Assembly: GCA_003693705.1 (NCBI GenBank)
Contig: RBZT01000500.1
Location: 1 to 64,000, forward strand
Direction: 5' to 3'
DNA: 64,000 nucleotides
DNA from: Polymyxa betae A26-41
Lineage: Eukaryota > Protista > Endomyxa: Phytomyxea
The notes under the pieces were generated by a model that was not told where the DNA came from, did no database searches, and worked only from the letters and a program-made list of their open reading frames with translations. Below are positions 38,113 to 49,940 of the stretch, piece after piece (position 1 is the stretch's first letter; each line of letters starts with the position of its first letter). The translations under genes were made by a program, and so were the position numbers.

Positions 38113-40969
38113 ATGTATAGTGCTATTAGAAGGAGAGGGATCCTTCATTTATACTATTCGTCCTGCTGCAAATACAGACCTTGCCATGTTCGTCTGCTAT
38201 CCATATCCAGGCGGCAGAATGAAGATCGCGAGGCGTCCAGCTGGGAGGTTGTCCAACAGATTGGTCGCAACATCTGGCAGAGTAAATAACGCCATCTGGT
38301 CGCTGGGAGCTGTTCTCAGTGGTTAATAGCAAGCGATGCTGGCATGCGAACTCGTGTGGTCTCGTCGTTAGCCCTGCTGGTCGGCGCCAAAATTGTGAAC
38401 GTCCAAGTTCCATTTATTTTGAAAGACGCCATCGATTCGTTGAACATCGCCGTCGAGACTGGCACAATCGCGACCGACGTCCCAATCGCTGCATTAATCG
38501 GATGTAAAACATAGCTTGTCGCTGTATTTGTCTTACCTATCCAAGATGGTGCGGCTCGAACCGGTGCAGCCGTATTCACCGAACTTCGAACAGCTGTGTT
38601 CGCAAAGGTGAGTCATTTTACTGTTTTCTGGAACAGAACATTTTAGTCTCCTTTTATAAAGTTTATGGAGAAGCATTCATTAAACAGGAGCTTAGCTAAA
38701 TAGATAGGTGGCGCATCACACCCAGCGTGTTGTTGCATTGGATGCTTTCCGACATTTGCACAATCTCGATTTAACATTCCACTTGTCTCGTAATACGGGT
38801 GCCTTATCACGAACAATAGACCGAGGCACTCGCGGTATCGATCTGATATTGAGGTCACACTTCGTTCCTGATCGGACTTTGGCAATTTATAAACTTGTTT
38901 CCAGATCGGTGTTATTCAATGTGGCTCCGACGATTTTTGAGATCGCATTAGTCGCCGGCCTACTTGTATCTTGAAAGTCACTAGCAGATTTTCAGCCTGT
39001 TTACCTCGAATATAGGGCGTGAAGTGTGGTCCTGAATTCGCACTCGTTACGGGTGCAACGATCACGTCGTACTGTGCATATACAATTGCAATTACCCAAT
39101 GTCGGTTCTTCTGCAAGGATTTAAAACTCTGATTGTGATTTTCGTTAAGGGAGGACCAAGTTTCGTCGTGATATGAATCGGCTAGAAAATGAAGCCAACT
39201 CAAAGGCGATCGATTCATTGATTGTAAGCGATATTCAGCTCACTGTTTTGTCAGTAAACTAACTTGTTAATGGCAGAATTACGAGGTGCATGGCAATTGG
39301 GTTCATAAAATTCTGAATCTGAAATACGCTTCTAGACTGTGAAATACTTCAATAATGAAAAGCTGGAATGTGATCGCTATAACGTATCGCTGGAAGGATA
39401 TCAACAAGCGTCGTTGAAGACTTCCACCAGTCTGTCGTTATTGAATTTCGGGCAGGGTTGGGTTCTCAGCCATTGATCGCTTATTCAAACGCTGACACCT
39501 TTCGTCCAGGAACCATATTTTCTGTTGGAATGAGCGCTGTTATGGTCCTTGCTGCCAATAGTAAGAGGTTCATTTTTTCACCAACTAAGAGTCTGATGAA
39601 AATGACAATCAGGAATTGGTCGTGGCGAGTTGACCATTGGAGATCTGGTGATGGTGAACAGTTTGCTGTTCCAGCTATCTGTCCCGCTGAACTTTGTCGG
39701 CTCCGTATATCGCGATATTCGCCAATCGCTCACCGATATTGAATCGATGATGAACCTGCAAAGCATCACGCCAGCCGTTGCAGATGCCCCGAATGCCCGT
39801 CCTCTTGAAGTCAGTTAAACTTGAATCTTCATTTGCACCGATCTGCAGTTTTTGGATTTATGTTAACGGTTACTCTGTCTTCTGCTTATTAACCGGTCTG
39901 GTGATTTTGTCTACGTGTCAGCGTTTGATGTTTTCATCTTAGCTGGATGCCGGTCAAGTTGAGTTCAAGAATGTTCATTTTTCGTATGGAGCGAAGCCAA
40001 TATTTCAAGGGCTTTCCTTTTCCGTTCCAGCTGGAAAGTCAGTCGCCATTGTTGGTAAGTCTCTTACTGTTATCTTTTTTAAGGATTCACTTTTGGTGCC
40101 CAGGTAAGTCGGGATGTGGAAAATCTACACTGCTGCGTTTGCTGTACCGGTTTTATGACACTGAGAGCGGTTCGTTACCTGACTATCTAATGGACGACAT
40201 TTAATATAAAAACAGGATCCATTTCGATAGATGGTCAAGATTTGAGATCAGTTAGCCTTGCAAGCCTTCGTCGCAACATCGGTATCAGCAAGGATCTTGT
40301 TTAGAATTGAATTGATATTTCTTAGGAGTCGTGCCTCAAGATACCGTGCTGTTCAATGAATCCTTGTTTTTCAACATCGCTTACGGCAATCCATCTGCCA
40401 CTGAGCATCATGTTTGAAGTTCTAAAATAGCTTTTCTTTGCCTTACTGTGATTAGGTTTTAGATGCAAGCAAAGCGGCTCAAGTACACGACACAATTGTC
40501 CACAATATGCCCAAGGGATACGACAAATTGGTTGGAGGTCAACATCAGATGTATTGCTTTAGTCGGTTTATTCATGTTGGCGCAGAAAGAGGATTGAAGC
40601 TTTCTGGTGGCGAGAAGCAGCGTGTCGCCATTGCTCGAATGATTTTGAAGAATGCGCCTATCGTATTCTGCGATGAAGCCACCAGCGCATTAGATACGCA
40701 CACTGAAATCCAAATCTTACAGTCTTTGAAGAAGCTTACTGAAGGTACCATCGACTTCAGAGATTCCTGTAAGTTACTGAGTCTCCATAATAGGCAGAAC
40801 ATCGATCTTCGTGGCGCATCGCTTGTCAACGGTCGTCGATTGCGATCAAATCATAGTCTTAAGCGAGGGGCGAGTCGCTGAAACCGGCACGCATGCTGAG
40901 CTTTTAGCCCAGCCTAACTCTATCTACAAAGAGATGTGGAACGCTCAGCAACGCGCCCATTTGGTCTAG
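38113..40969 (+). CDS. ATM1: Mitochondrial ABC half-transporter ATM1/ABCB7
   Basis: Basic N-terminal presequence; [49 protein letters not shown]; Walker [10 protein letters not shown]; LSGGEKQR; CDEATSALD. Confidence 0.95.
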
Positions 40970-41099
40970 GTAATGCACAACTGTTTTCATACCGACATAC
41001 GATGTGAAGATCGATAATAAATAATCAGTTTAATGCGTTCGCGAGATTTTCGCCTTATTGTGAATAAATAATCGAGAATTCCCAGAAGTCGGTATTCTT

Positions 41100-41598
41100 T
41101 TGATGAAAGCCTCAACATACTCGATCTGAACTGGTAGCGGCAACCGACCAGCATTGCCGGAAACAATCTGTACCAGACGCCCAAGCTCAACGACAGATCT
41201 TTTACATAATGATGACTATGAGACACATAACGGCATGGAAGCACATACAACGGCGGGTATCGTTCAGGATAGTAAATATGACAAGCCTCCGGAAAGCATT
41301 GCTTACAATACCATGGTCCTCGAGGCAACATATCAGGTTCACGCTAACACCATCCATCAGATCAGATTCAATCTGCCATCGCAACCTTACTGTAATACAT
41401 TCAAAATGAGCACCGCGCGAGCATGCATCACAGGTGAGGCCAGTCGGCGCCGATGCATTCGAACATGGATCGCACGCGAGCCCAGTCTAACAAGTTAAAT
41501 CAGTTTAACGTCGAAAGGCGGTACGATTTCTCGCCTTTCCGGTACTTAAGGTGACATAGTAATGAGCGACTTCACTGATATCAGCTCGCCTCCTTTGC

Positions 41599-41629
<31 letters not shown>

Positions 41630-42536
41630 GCTGTTGTTGAGGGACAACAGAGGGAGGCGGCGGCGTCTGTGGCATTCCTGGACCGAATTAGACGGCGCTC
41701 TAAACGAGTAGCTCCAATCCACCTGCAGGCTGAGAAGCTGTAGGTTCGGCAGCTGTTTGATTAGGTTGTGATTGACATTGACAATGGGTGGCGGTGCAGT
41801 TTAGGCATGAAGGGCACCGGCCTTGGCGACATGTGCAGATATTACCACCGCGCTGCTTCGCCAGCAATGCTGCATACAGAACCTTCAAATCAGCCTAAAA
41901 CGAATGAGGGTTCATTGCAGCTTTTTCCCGTTCAGCTGGAGATCGTACCGGTGGATATCCTTGCTGAACAGCGTCTCGGACCTGCGCCTCCAATTCGCGA
42001 ATACCCTGCAGATCGGCTTCTGTCGTCACAGCCTAAACAATGAAATATTACAGAGCTGTTATACATAGTAGATACTCTTAGAGATGTTTTCCATCACAAA
42101 GCAGAAAGAACGAAATAATGAAATGGCAACCTGCGGCTGAGTGCGACGATGTTGTTGCTGCTGCTGTTCAAACATGGCCCGGGTCTGTTGAGAAGCCGCC
42201 AAGACGGTCATATCGCCGTTGGATCCCGACGTCGGTATCGATCCTGGACAGAGCTCAGGTGAACGGCTGCCAGACGATCGGGAGTCGAAACGAACGGGTC
42301 GGCTCCGGCTGGCGCTGGGCGATAGGCGTCGCCGGCGTCGTGGACTTCTCGTCGTCGGAATCCTCGAAGTAATCGGGCGTCATGGGCTGAATCTCCATGA
42401 GGTCATCGTTGAGCGACATGACGACGTCGGCTGGGCTGTCTGTCGCCCTAAAACTGAGAGATGGCGCTACGGGGATCGTCGCAATCCTAAACCCTAACCC
42501 TAAAAGGGTGTCTCCCGACTCGTCCACTTTCGCCAT
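41100..42536 (-). CDS. PHD-finger protein with an extra Cys cluster and polyQ tract
   Basis: Spliced product has CTCRQGRCPSCLNC...HCQC, a Q run, then CDPC...CDAC...HFEC...WYCKQC (C4HC3). 3' end approximate. Confidence 0.7.
41597..41640. repeat. (GTT)n microsatellite encoding polyglutamine on the minus strand
   Basis: gctgttgttgttg... run of about 15 triplets. Confidence 0.9.
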
Positions 42537-42638
42537 TCAAAATTTTTTGAAAACCAATCAATGAATTGATGCAATCAAGGATCAACATTCAGAGACAGAT
42601 TTGTTATTGAGGGAGAAAGCCTTTATTGTGAATTTTTT

Positions 42639-43801
42639 CTAGCTAGTTGATTCGGATTTGACGGTGAGTGATTGAGAGAGATGGCGAAGGCGCTCATTGG
42701 TGTCGTTCTCGAGTCGGGAGTTCTTTTCTCGCAGCGTCTCGATCACGATCTTGAAATGTTCGTAGAGGTCGTCGCGCTCGGCGATCGCTCGCCCGAGCCC
42801 ATGTCTGAAGATCCTCAGCTGTTTCTGCAGCTGGTTCAGTTGCAAGCGGCGACGACGAAGCCGTTTTTGAGATCGCTTGGCAGAATCGTTCGATTTCTGC
42901 AGAAATCGCTGGACGATGTTCAGCATGGCTGGGACCGACTCCGATCGCAGATCAATCAATTGTCGTGCAGCTTCCCGAAACCGTTTCTGCGCGTCGTCTC
43001 TCAATTGGACTATGCGACGCCGCTCTTGATGAAGCGCCCCAATCGATTCTTCCGAACGCGCATTCTGCAGAACGGCGTCCTCAACCTGGCTGTCCCGAAT
43101 CAGACCGCTGTTTGACGGGAACAGAGCGCCAACCTTCGAAGGCGGCGAATCGTATTAAGGACAACGGCCTGCGAGTCCTGCAGCTGTTCCCGCAATAGCC
43201 ACAACGACCTTTGATTAGCTTCAGATAGTTTCTTGCTCACGACCTGAATCGATTGTCGTCCATCTACAGCGCCCTGAACATTCCTTCTCTTGGATTCCTC
43301 CCGGAGCCGCTCAACACGCTTTCTATCTTATAGGGATTAGTCAGCGGGCCAGTACGGCCGCCTTGCAATTCCTCACAGGATTCACGCTGCCGAATCAGGT
43401 CGGATTTCCGCACCGATACGAATTCGGCTTTCTTGACGAGATGGGCTCGGACGAGCTGTTGCTGTTTAGAGACGAATTCGGCGTGACGTTGCTACAAATA
43501 GGCATTAATGTAAGAGTGAAGAGATTGCAGATGCGACCGACCTCATGAATGTATTGAGTATGACGGATCTGTAGCAGGAGGCGCCGCTTTTCGACCTGCA
43601 GCCGAGATCGCCAGAGAAGTGCCTCTTCAGAGCGGATTTCTTCATAAAGGTCACGAATCTGTTGCCGTAATCGTTTGACGCCACGAAGCGGCCCGATATT
43701 GGTGAGATCTTGAAAGACCATCTGATGTGTACTTCTACAGACTCTGTGACAGATGACGTCGAGATAATCTTCAGACTAGTCGGGAACTGAGGCGGAATCA
43801 T
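42639..43801 (-). CDS. Coiled-coil protein resembling GAS8/DRC4 (trypanin), divergent
   Basis: Long coiled coil; C-terminal AERDDLYEHFKIVIETLREKN resembles the GAS8 ERDELY.KF motif. Confidence 0.45.
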
Positions 43802-44493
43802 GAAATAGCAATGAGCGTTAACAAAGCGAGTTCGTTTATATAGCGCTGATAGATCATCAACAATTTGCTGGGAAGAGAAAATTGTTTAAAACTTAGGTTA
43901 ATATCAATAATAAAAGATGCAGATGAAAGGAAGTATCACATTGATAATGCAATCGAGGAGACGCTGGTCTATGTTGTATAACTACACTACATAGAAGAGG
44001 TAGGGCAACGCTCGGCGATCCGACGCCCAGACAACACATCAGGTGATTCAGGACCAACATCATGGTAGGAGATGAAAACGGCGAGCCCACCTCTATCTGC
44101 CGGCATCGAAAGGAATTTATGAACTTAGCTACTGTACTTATCTGACAAAAAAATTCGGAAGTAACCACTCCGACAGATCGAAAGACGTGAGGGGAAACCT
44201 TCAACAGAGCGAACACTTCCTTATGGAGGTTGCTGTTGTTAGGAGGCAAAAACTAGACAGAGGTGTCAGAAATATTGTTAGGATTCACCGAATAAGCCAA
44301 TAACTTTTCAAAATGGGGTTGGCCGCGCCCCTAAAAAAAGATTTAGAATTTTTTGGGAGCAGCCCGTTTCTATGTTACATACGCAGTGAGGTTGTTTTGA
44401 GCTTGACGGTGTCGTTGTTGTTGTTTTGGGCGGCGCCTCCCACCCCTTTATCATCGTCATATCACCTATCAATCTGTTAGGTCGTCGTCAATC

Positions 44494-45406
44494 ATGGGAG
44501 ACGGCAGCTATTCATTCTCGCTGACAACGTTCAGCCCCAGTGGTAAACTTGTCCAGATCGAATACGCTCTGGCCGCGGTCAACGGTGGCAAGACGTCGCT
44601 AGGAATCAAAGGTCTGAGCCTTAGTCTCTCTTTTTCGAATTAGGTCGTGAACTTCGATTTCAGCCAAAAATGGTGTTGTCATTGCTACTGAGAAGAAGCT
44701 TCCTTCTGTTCTTGTCGATGATTCGACCGTGAAAAAAATTCAACTCTTGACGTAATTCTCTTCTTAAGACCTGTTATTTAGCCAAGTATAAAAACGCCTT
44801 AGGAAAAACATTGGCATTACGTATTCTGGAATGGGACCTGATTTCCGACTATTAACCAGCAAGGGACGGAAGGCGTCTCAGCGCTACCATCTGCAGTATC
44901 TGGATGATATTCCAGTCTCGCAGCTCGTTCGTGAAGTGGCGACCGTTATGCAGGAATACACACAGCAAGGAGGTCGGTTCTGTCACGGTTTTTGAACGTG
45001 GTCTTTCGCCGATAATCGCCTAAAGGGGTCAGACCATTCGGTGTCTCGCTGCTGGTTGCTGGATATGACGACCAGGGCCCGCAATTGTATCAAGTAGATC
45101 CATCAGGGTCGTACTGGGCCTGGAAGGCATCGGCTATCGGCAAACGGCATCAATCAGCTAAGACGTTCTTGGAGAAAAGGTACTCAATGCGAGGACCAGT
45201 TGTAGTGTGGTTTTATGCTGTACATTAGATACAAGCCAGATATGGATATCGACGAGGCCATTCATACGGCGATTTTGACGCTGAAGGAAGGGTTCGAGGG
45301 CGCCATCAGCGAGAACAATATCGAGATCGGCGTGGTCGGTGCCGATCATCAATTTAAGATTCTATCGGCACAGGATATTAAGGACTACCTTGAAGAAGTC
45401 GAATAA
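44494..45406 (+). CDS. PSMA2: 20S proteasome subunit alpha type-2
   Basis: [56 protein letters not shown]. Confidence 0.97.
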
Positions 45407-45655
45407 TTAACCAGCAGTTAACAGCTGCATAACGCGTTTATCTAAAACAATACATTGATTGATGCGGTTTCAAACAACGATTATTTTGACGCTTTCTCCA
45501 TGATGGTTCACCAGTCATACTGGAACTGGCTGGGGTCGAGTCATACCGGACCCTGAGCTTCTGACTCGATGAAATCTGAGGTCGTCCTGCTCTGCTTCTT
45601 GACTGAATTAGGTCGCCGCTGCTAACCGTCGGATAGAGAACGCCCCGAGCCATAC

Positions 45656-47873
45656 ATGGTGATGGGTCGCATCAATTGGATCGGTTCCAGGCGAAGCCGA
45701 CGAGAACTGAGTTCGACAAGCACAACGAAGACGACGAATATGGTTCTGATTTCGAGGTGCCAACGATGTATCTCTGTCTATAAGCCTGACCTGCCTAAGG
45801 CATATTCGGATGATTTCGAAGACGACGACACGGATCAGGAAAGAGAGCAGAAGGACGTTCCCGGCATAAACGAGAACCGTCACGATCCTGATCGGCGGAC
45901 TCGTGTAGGCCGGCCTGATATCCGGGTGTCTTCATTGCTGAACGACAACAGTGGGTTCTTGAACGAGTTCACCTGATCGAGGAGAGATTCGACCTGCTAA
46001 AAATGGAGCCTGGCCTGGCGCCAAGACGTCCAGCATTGCATAAGGTGACACAATACAACGACGACTGGGTCGCAGAAGCATCGCAGACCATCACAAACGT
46101 CGCTCGAGAAGGTATTCACCGCTCCTACCAGGTTATTTATCTGAAACTTGATCAGCTGCTTGTCAATATCCAGACCAGAGTTCGGGTGGCAGCGCCTTGG
46201 TTCGTCTCGATTCTGTTCGAATGCAGAAAGTTCGATAAATGTGCAAAAATGGTTTCTTGTATCTAAGCGATGTTTGTCAGTTTGTTCGCGCTGCAACACA
46301 ACTCTGCGACGTGTTCCTGATGCATAGACGGACCGTGGCTACAACACTATCCAGGCACCATGATAACGGCGTCGAACTGGCAGCGCCCGGTATCATTATG
46401 GTTCGTGTCATCGCTCCAGATTGTCTCCGTCATCTGAAAGCACCAATCAGGGTCGTGACGTCATCTCGATCGAAGTTTGCTCGGAACATCCGCACATGGT
46501 CCTGGTCGGATACGGCCTCAGCGACACCGATCGGCGCACCAGTCTGCTATGCCTTTGGGATCTGGAACAGCCGGCGACACCCTTCCGAATTCTGTCGTGT
46601 TTCGGCGCCATATCCAGCGCTATTCTGGCACCATATGCTGGCACGATCGTGGTGGTTGCCGGCCTGCAGCATGGCAGCTTGGCGTTATGGGATCCCCGAG
46701 AGCCCGATTCCATGCATCAGAGGAAGACAGATCCATATCTGAGGCGCAGGGCGACCTTCACAACCGATGATTTCATCGAAGGGAACCATTCGGCCGCGAT
46801 CGTCGCTGTCAAATGTTTATCCAACGGTACGGCGCCGGGCGGGCGATGTTGGCCCCCGGGCCTGACGCATGTCTGACAGGGACGAGGAACGTCCAGATCG
46901 GGTCGTTAGACGCGACAGGCGCCGTCAACATCTGGACCATGATGGATGCGGCACCGGGAGCTGCTGCCGATTCTGATCCTGGATTGATTGTTGGCGGTCG
47001 TGTCAAGCTCATTTTGTAGGGAGCATATTGACGATCACGACGCCGCTCAATACGTCTTAGATCTGTCTTGGTGAGGATGTCAGCAGCCATGGGAATCGCG
47101 ACCGCTATTGAATTCTGCGGCCCCGATGCCAACGACTACCTGATCGCTCAGGGCGCCCAGGCCGTCCAGCGTGGGAAACGATTTGGTCAGGCGCCGCAGC
47201 CATCCGCCTATTACAAGCAGGGTCGTGAACCCGACCTGCCAACCGCAATCGCCTCATCGCCGTTCATCGCGCATCTCTTCGTAGTCGGTTATGCAACCGG
47301 ATCCGTCTGGTAGGCAGCGGCCGCCTTCATCACCATAGTAGTGATAGCGACTCGGTTGTAGCTTGTTCAGTCTGGCGTGTAGTCAACCGGTGTTGAGCTG
47401 GCCCAGTATGGCCAGTACGGCCATCACCAGATGCGTCTGGTCCATGAGTAACCCGTCGCAGTTCTTCGTCCTGGATGCCTCTGGGCATCTGCAGATCTGC
47501 GACGTGCTGGCCCGCGATCGCCAAGTGAGTGCAAGGCCGATTTTGAGCCGCTTTCTGATGGCTGTTTGTTTAAGGGCGCACTGCAAGAAGTCCAATTGCC
47601 GGCGGAATCGTCGGTTTTTAATGTCGTGTAGGAATGAAGATCGTCGGTTTACAAAATCGTTAACGAGTATGATAGGCCGATTAGAGGGAGATCCCATCTA
47701 CAGCCGATAACTTTCAGGAGCGAGAAGGGCGTCGTGAAAGTCAGTAATATCAAATTGGATCGGTAAGCCATATTGGGTTTGACGATCATTATGAATGAGA
47801 TCTGCATAGAGTGCTGATCAGTGATCTAAGCGCAGACCAGATGAGGGATATGGTGATGAACATGGCCGACTAA
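45656..47873 (+). CDS. WDR60: WDR60/DYNC2I1-like dynein-2 intermediate chain (start uncertain)
   Basis: Acidic N-terminal YSDDFED; LCLWDLEQPATPFRIL, AGLQHGSLALWDPRE, ATFTTD, NHSAAIV; further WD blades. Confidence 0.72.
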
Positions 47874-47902
47874 CAATCTATATAGAAATATATTTAACTT
47901 GA

Positions 47903-48703
47903 TTATTCATCACATGTGAAACTGAGTCCTGTCTCCCTCTCATATAAATGTAGCAGTACAGGTCCCAAATTCTCAGCAGGTTCCCATGTCTTAGGCCAGG
48001 GTTTACCATTACTTTGTCGACCTGCCCATTCCACCAAGAACAGCGTCTTACCTTCCTTCGGCTTCTTCACATGTTTAACGATACGTTCAGCCTCCCAAAT
48101 CTCGGTGTGCTTAACAGGGGCTGCAGAGCCTCTTTTCTCAGCACGCTCTAACTTGGAGAAATCCGAGATGAAATAGGCGGCGTCCATAATATTGCATTGG
48201 ATTTCAAAGCTGAAGCAGCGCTTCTCGCCGACCTCCATCTCCCTGAACGCGTTCTCGTAAAAACACTCATCGGCGTAGCCATCATCGCCTGAATCGACAT
48301 CATAATAATGGGTGCCGTTCATGCACGCTTCATATTCCTGAGATAAGCAGGGTTTTGGAGCAATCGACTGTGTCAATTGTTGCTCGATTCGCATCTTCTT
48401 GTGGATGTGACTAATGGATGTCGTTGCTAATGGCACAAAACCACATGTCTCAACGATTTCTGTATAGGGGGCCTCGAACTGTGTGAAATCAATGGATTTC
48501 GGTAGAGGAGTCGAGACGGCGGCCATCGGGTAATCGCGGCGTCGGTTGGGTTCGACTTTGGACCAGGTTGATAGCAGCGTCAGACGTAGGTTGTCGTAGA
48601 GGCGATCTGGGAGACGTGCGCTGCGCTCGTGCTGACAGGTCTGACCGCAGCTGATACAATCGTTGCGAAGGGAGCTAGCCGGGGCCGATTCGGATGCCAG
48701 CAT
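47903..48703 (-). CDS. Intronless C-terminal chromodomain protein
   Basis: WEAERIVKH...FLVEWAG...TWEPAENL chromodomain signature. Confidence 0.8.
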   Translation of the reverse strand: MLASESAPASSLRNDCISCGQTCQHERSARLPDRLYDNLRLTLLSTWSKVEPNRRRDYPMAAVSTPLPKSIDFTQFEAPYTEIVETCGFVPLATTSISHIHKKMRIEQQLTQSIAPKPCLSQEYEACMNGTHYYDVDSGDDGYADECFYENAFREMEVGEKRCFSFEIQCNIMDAAYFISDFSKLERAEKRGSAAPVKHTEIWEAERIVKHVKKPKEGKTLFLVEWAGRQSNGKPWPKTWEPAENLGPVLLHLYERETGLSFTCDE

Positions 48704-48805
48704 GAAACTATTGGGAGGTGGTTCATAAGAGGCGCGTCTATGTTACAGGGGCGGGACAGTCGATTTCTCCGTGATACCCCGCAGTTTTTGATTGGCGCGA
48801 CTTGT

Positions 48806-49379
48806 ACAGGTTCACTGCTTGCCCTTACGTTAACGATCCAATGGCAATCAGCACGGGCTGCGACTCATCGAGTCAACTGTAAGACTGTTATTCTATTACA
48901 GTAGTCGAAGCGGGGATAAAATTGGTCTAGTCGCAGTCGGATTACTGTCGCCGGCTTGGGCGCTCAGTGGTTGTTTCTGGACTACGACCAGGGCTTGTCA
49001 CTGTCCTTGATATATGGTGGGCTAGTGACGTTACGGTTCCAATGGCTGCGATTAGACGCCCTTTGAATGTTCTACTGTGGCTATGTTACGGAACAGGTTC
49101 ACTGCTTGCCCTTACGTTAACGATCCAATGCCCATCAGCACGGGCTGCCACTCATCGAGTCAACTGTAAGGCTGTTATTCTGTTAGTCGAAGCGGGGCAC
49201 AAGTGTGGTCGAGACGCAGTCGCATTACTGTCGCCGGCCTGGGCGCTCAGTGGTTGTTTCTGGACTACGACCAGGGTTTGTCACTGTCCTTGATATATGG
49301 TGGGCTAGTGACGTTACGGTTCCAATGGCTGCGATTAGACGCCCTTTGAATGTTCTACTGTGGCTATGTTACGGAACAG
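48806..49379. repeat. Direct tandem duplication, unit ~287 bp
   Basis: acaggttcactgcttgcccttacg... at 48806 and 49093; both copies end tggctatgttacggaacag; scattered substitutions. Confidence 0.93.
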
Positions 49380-49484
49380 ACAACTATCTCGATACTCGCC
49401 AAAGCTCTTCGTTCTGTGTTTTGATGGATGGCGATGGCGAGCGATCCGTGGTAGACGTCCCCCATCAATCCAGCTGACCATCTT

Positions 49485-49638
49485 CTGCGACATAAGACGT
49501 CGTAAAGTTCGGTGCAAGTAATCGCAATCGTCAAGCATTTATATAAATGTCTATTGCTTGTTAGATGATGGGAGGAAAACTATCTCGTTGCTAAAGCACA
49601 TCTGCCAACGACATAGATCTGCATTATTTTCTAATTGA
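49485..49638 (+). pseudogene. Degenerate copy of an exon-intron-exon fragment of the EgtD domain (source 60248-60416)
   Basis: ctgcgacataag...gttcggtgca.gtaatcgc.atcgtcaa...tgcttgttag.tgatgggaggaaaactat...gccaacgacatagatctgc.ttatttt matches 60248-60416 with indels. Confidence 0.9.
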
Positions 49639-49940
49639 TCTTGGCTATGTTCAGTATATCTGCGAATACAATCTGGCTGCTTCATATTTGACATTCATGG
49701 AGTCTTGTCTTAGGGGAATAGCCCTCAATGGCTGTTCTTTACCTTCTTCAACTCCGATAAAGTAATGTAGCAAAACCGGGATTATAGAATCGTGCATTTC
49801 CTTTATTGCCTAATCAGCGGTGCAAAGCTGAGCACCAACCTCAATGTGGTGTTGGAAAGTCAAAAAGCAATCGATGAGATATATTGAGATCGTACCTGGG
49901 TACACTCTCGGTAATTCAGCGAATTGTCTTTAAGAACAAA

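Noticed and set aside
47903-49379. Intact chromovirus LTR retrotransposon
   Set aside because: The repeats are adjacent rather than flanking, and no gag, RT, RNase H, integrase, PBS or PPT is recognisable.
48967-49477. Two similar ORFs (MVVSGLRPG...) within the tandem duplication
   Set aside because: They are a by-product of the DNA duplication; frames are not preserved between copies and no domain is evident.
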